From NCBI GenBank assembly GCA_030591525.1, contig JAUVAV010000009.1, positions 16,805 to 80,804 of the forward strand: a DNA stretch of 64,000 bases, read 5' to 3'. The DNA comes from a candidate division FCPU426 bacterium (GTDB lineage Bacteria; Oederibacteriota; JAAXVQ01; JAUVAV01). This document shows positions 61,654 to 64,000 of this stretch, one piece after another. Both the position numbers and the translations under genes were made by a program. Below the pieces are notes generated by a model that was given only the letters and a program-made list of their open reading frames with translations, had not been told where the DNA came from and made no database searches. Positions within the stretch are counted from its first letter, which is position 1; each line of letters starts with the position of its first letter.

Positions 61654-62670
61654 TCATTTAACTCTATGCCGTTTCTGATACTGCCGGCGGTAATATTGCA
61701 TATATTCGCCGGATTTTAAAGACTGCCACCATTCGGGATGATCCTGATACCATTCTACCGTATGCTTTAAAGCTTTGACAAACGGCCAGGCCGGCTGCCA
61801 GCCTAACTCCCTTATTTTACGGGTATTTAAAGCATAGCGGCGGTCATGTCCCAAGCGGTCAATAACATGTTTGACCAGGCTCTCCGGTTTTATTAGTAAT
61901 TTTAAGATAGTGCTGGTTATCTCCCAGTTGGTGTGAGTATTGCCCGCACCCAGGTTATATATCTCCCCGGGAATCCCTTGCTCTAAAATTGAATCCAGTC
62001 CCCGGCAATTGTCCTCCACGTATATCCAGTCGCGGGTGTTCAAGCCATCGCCGTAAAGCGGAAGCAATTTATTCTCCAAAGCATTGGTAACAAACAGTGG
62101 AATTAATTTTTCCGGATACTGGCGCGGCCCGAAATTATTGGACGAACGCGCAATTAAAACCGGCAAACCATAAGTATGCCGATATGCCAGTACCTGGAGA
62201 TCACCCCCGGCCTTGGAAGCTGAATACGGGCTGGACGGTTTCAGGTCGTCGGTCTCGCGAAAGGCTCCGCGCTCGATGGAACCATATACCTCGTCCGTGG
62301 ATATCTGTAAAAACCGCTTCATGCGGTGCCGGCGCACCGCTTCCAGCAGGGTTTGGGTTCCCAGGACGTCTGTCCGGGCAAAATCCTCAGGGCTGAGGAT
62401 AGAGCGGTCCACGTGCGTTTCCGCGGCGAAATTCACTATTACTTCAAGGCGGTATTTCCGAATTATACGCTCCACGGTTCGGGCTTCGCAGATATCACCT
62501 TTTATGAATTTAAACCGCGGATTCCGGCGCGCTCCGGCCAGATTGGCCGGATTGCCGGCATAAGTTAATTTATCCAGCACCACCACCAGATCACGCGCAT
62601 GCTGCTTCAGCCTGAGATCCACAAAATGGGAACCTATGAATCCGGCTCCACCAGTAACTAACAAACGCAT
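61654..62670 (-). CDS. rfbB: dTDP-glucose 4,6-dehydratase
   Basis: DKLTYAGN, FAAETHVDRSI, STDEVYG, YSASK and GHDRRY. Confidence 0.95.
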   Translation of the reverse strand: MRLLVTGGAGFIGSHFVDLRLKQHARDLVVVLDKLTYAGNPANLAGARRNPRFKFIKGDICEARTVERIIRKYRLEVIVNFAAETHVDRSILSPEDFARTDVLGTQTLLEAVRRHRMKRFLQISTDEVYGSIERGAFRETDDLKPSSPYSASKAGGDLQVLAYRHTYGLPVLIARSSNNFGPRQYPEKLIPLFVTNALENKLLPLYGDGLNTRDWIYVEDNCRGLDSILEQGIPGEIYNLGAGNTHTNWEITSTILKLLIKPESLVKHVIDRLGHDRRYALNTRKIRELGWQPAWPFVKALKHTVEWYQDHPEWWQSLKSGEYMQYYRRQYQKRHRVK

Positions 62671-63425
62671 TATTCCAATCGCCTTTCAAAAATTTTTTTC
62701 TGCTTTTGTGCCATCAGATTGGCTTCAAACCAGGAATCAATTGATTCTCCCGCGTCCGCCCAATGCCCCTTCACGATCCCGTAAGTCATCTGCTTTCGCC
62801 GCAAATAGGCATTATTGACATCCGTGATTTCCAGTTCCCCACGGCCGGAAGGTTTCAGGGTTTTGATGATTTTGAACACGCTGGCATGATAGAAATAAAT
62901 ACCAATCACGGCATACGGGGAGGGCGGACGGGAAGGTTTTTCAATGATTTTTTCTATGCGTGAGCCCTTAAACTTCGGTACACCGTAGGCTGAAAGGTTT
63001 CCCACTTCTTTCAGAAGAATCATGCCGCCCCCTGCCTGTTCTTGAAAAGTTTTAACATAAGGCCGGAGCGATTCGGAGATTAAGTTGTCGCCCAGATAAA
63101 CCATGACGCGTTGGCCTTCGGCGAATTCTTCGGCCAGACCCAAAGCCTCGGCAATCCCGCCTTCGTCTCGTTGATAGGTATATTGCAGCCGGCGAATGCC
63201 GTACTGCCGGCCATCTCCCAGCAGGCGCAGGAAATCGCCCGCGTTATTGCCTCCGGTCACCAGCATGATCTCTTTAATGCCGGCCTTTACCATGCTCTCT
63301 ATGGGATGCAGAATCATGGGACGATCATATACCGGAAGCAAATGCTTGTTGGTGATATCCGTGAGGGGTTTCAAGCGCGTACCCAATCCCCCGGCTAAAA
63401 TAACGCCTTTTATGGTTGGTGTCAT
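62670..63425 (-). CDS. rfbA: Glucose-1-phosphate thymidylyltransferase (short form)
   Basis: LAGGLGTRL, NKHLLPVYDRPMI, LGDN and RGELEITD. Confidence 0.85.
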   Translation of the reverse strand: MTPTIKGVILAGGLGTRLKPLTDITNKHLLPVYDRPMILHPIESMVKAGIKEIMLVTGGNNAGDFLRLLGDGRQYGIRRLQYTYQRDEGGIAEALGLAEEFAEGQRVMVYLGDNLISESLRPYVKTFQEQAGGGMILLKEVGNLSAYGVPKFKGSRIEKIIEKPSRPPSPYAVIGIYFYHASVFKIIKTLKPSGRGELEITDVNNAYLRRKQMTYGIVKGHWADAGESIDSWFEANLMAQKQKKIFERRLE

Positions 63426-63572
63426 ATCTTCTGCTCCTCTTTTACCTATTCGTCTTTTGCAAATTCGAAACCCAGACTAGTTTTGTAATCTATTAGCCAT
63501 TGGCTTACCCGCAAGTGAATATTTGGTGTTGTTTTTTAATCCCTCGGAAGCTGAAATATACCGCCCACGGAC

Positions 63573-63600
63573 GTAGGGGCGTTTAATTAAACGCCCCTAC
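63573..63600. repeat. GTAG-type REP-like palindrome
   Basis: GTAGGGGCGTTTAATTAAACGCCCCTAC, a perfect palindrome. Confidence 0.9.
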
Positions 63601-63704
63601 AACTACCGATGATACCATAACCAACAGTTATATTACCAAGTTTCAAGACCAGGAAATATCACCGGCCCAAATGACAATTTATGGATTTGCAAAAGTTTCG
63701 TTCC

Positions 63705-64000
63705 TTACTTTCTTCCGATTCCCCGGTAATTGAATCCTAAAGCTTTGACTTTAGTGGGATCATAGATATTACGGCCGTCAACCATGTTCGGGGCGCGCAT
63801 CGAAGCTTTGACGCGTTCCAGGTCCATTTCCTTGAATTCATTCCACTCCGTAAAAATCACCAGGCAATGGGCGTCTTCAGCAGCCGCGTAAGCATTTTCA
63901 GCGAACTTTACCCCGGGCAGAAGAACCTGGGCCGCTTCCATAGCTGCGGGATCATATGCCTTTACCCGGGCCCCGTTCTCCATTAATAAATGAATTACCT
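63705..64000 (-). CDS. ugd: UDP-glucose/GDP-mannose dehydrogenase, 3' end (truncated by window)
   Basis: VKAYDPAAM, TEWNEFK, DGRNIYD and YRGIGR: C-terminal UDP-binding domain. Confidence 0.82.
   Translation of the reverse strand, partial: VIHLLMENGARVKAYDPAAMEAAQVLLPGVKFAENAYAAAEDAHCLVIFTEWNEFKEMDLERVKASMRAPNMVDGRNIYDPTKVKALGFNYRGIGRK

Overview
Bacterial chromosomal window, almost entirely minus-strand coding. A secretin, a porin-like protein and GT9 enzymes suggest a diderm organism. From left to right: (1) 20-6261, a Tad/Flp pilus locus (tadB, a fused CpaE/TadZ-CpaF/TadA ATPase, compact secretin, cpaB, Tad-domain and TadE pseudopilins). (2) 6353-16152, a secreted repeat protein with a C-terminal FlgD-Ig-like domain, a GyrI-like/PAP2/porin-like operon, a membrane diguanylate cyclase, a bitopic protein with a tandem repeat, DJ-1/PfpI and TldD. 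(3) 16168-64000, a surface-glycan cluster of about 48 kb with nucleotide-sugar enzymes, two priming transferases, two Wzx flippases, three O-antigen ligase/Wzy-family proteins (one fused to a SAM methyltransferase), Wzz, two GT-C enzymes and many GT2/GT4/GT9 enzymes. It is interrupted by a plus-strand diguanylate cyclase and a small ABM/Fe-ADH/cupin unit. I found no transposase, CRISPR array, rRNA or tRNA. The intergenic spaces carry many small repeats: several unrelated MITE-like shells bounded by terminal inverted repeats (TIRs), each enclosing REP-like hairpins of a different family; GTAG-type REP hairpins whose cores differ while their flanks are homologous; and a three-copy two-hairpin element with variable loop inserts. 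All family calls come from reading motifs by eye; no searches were run.
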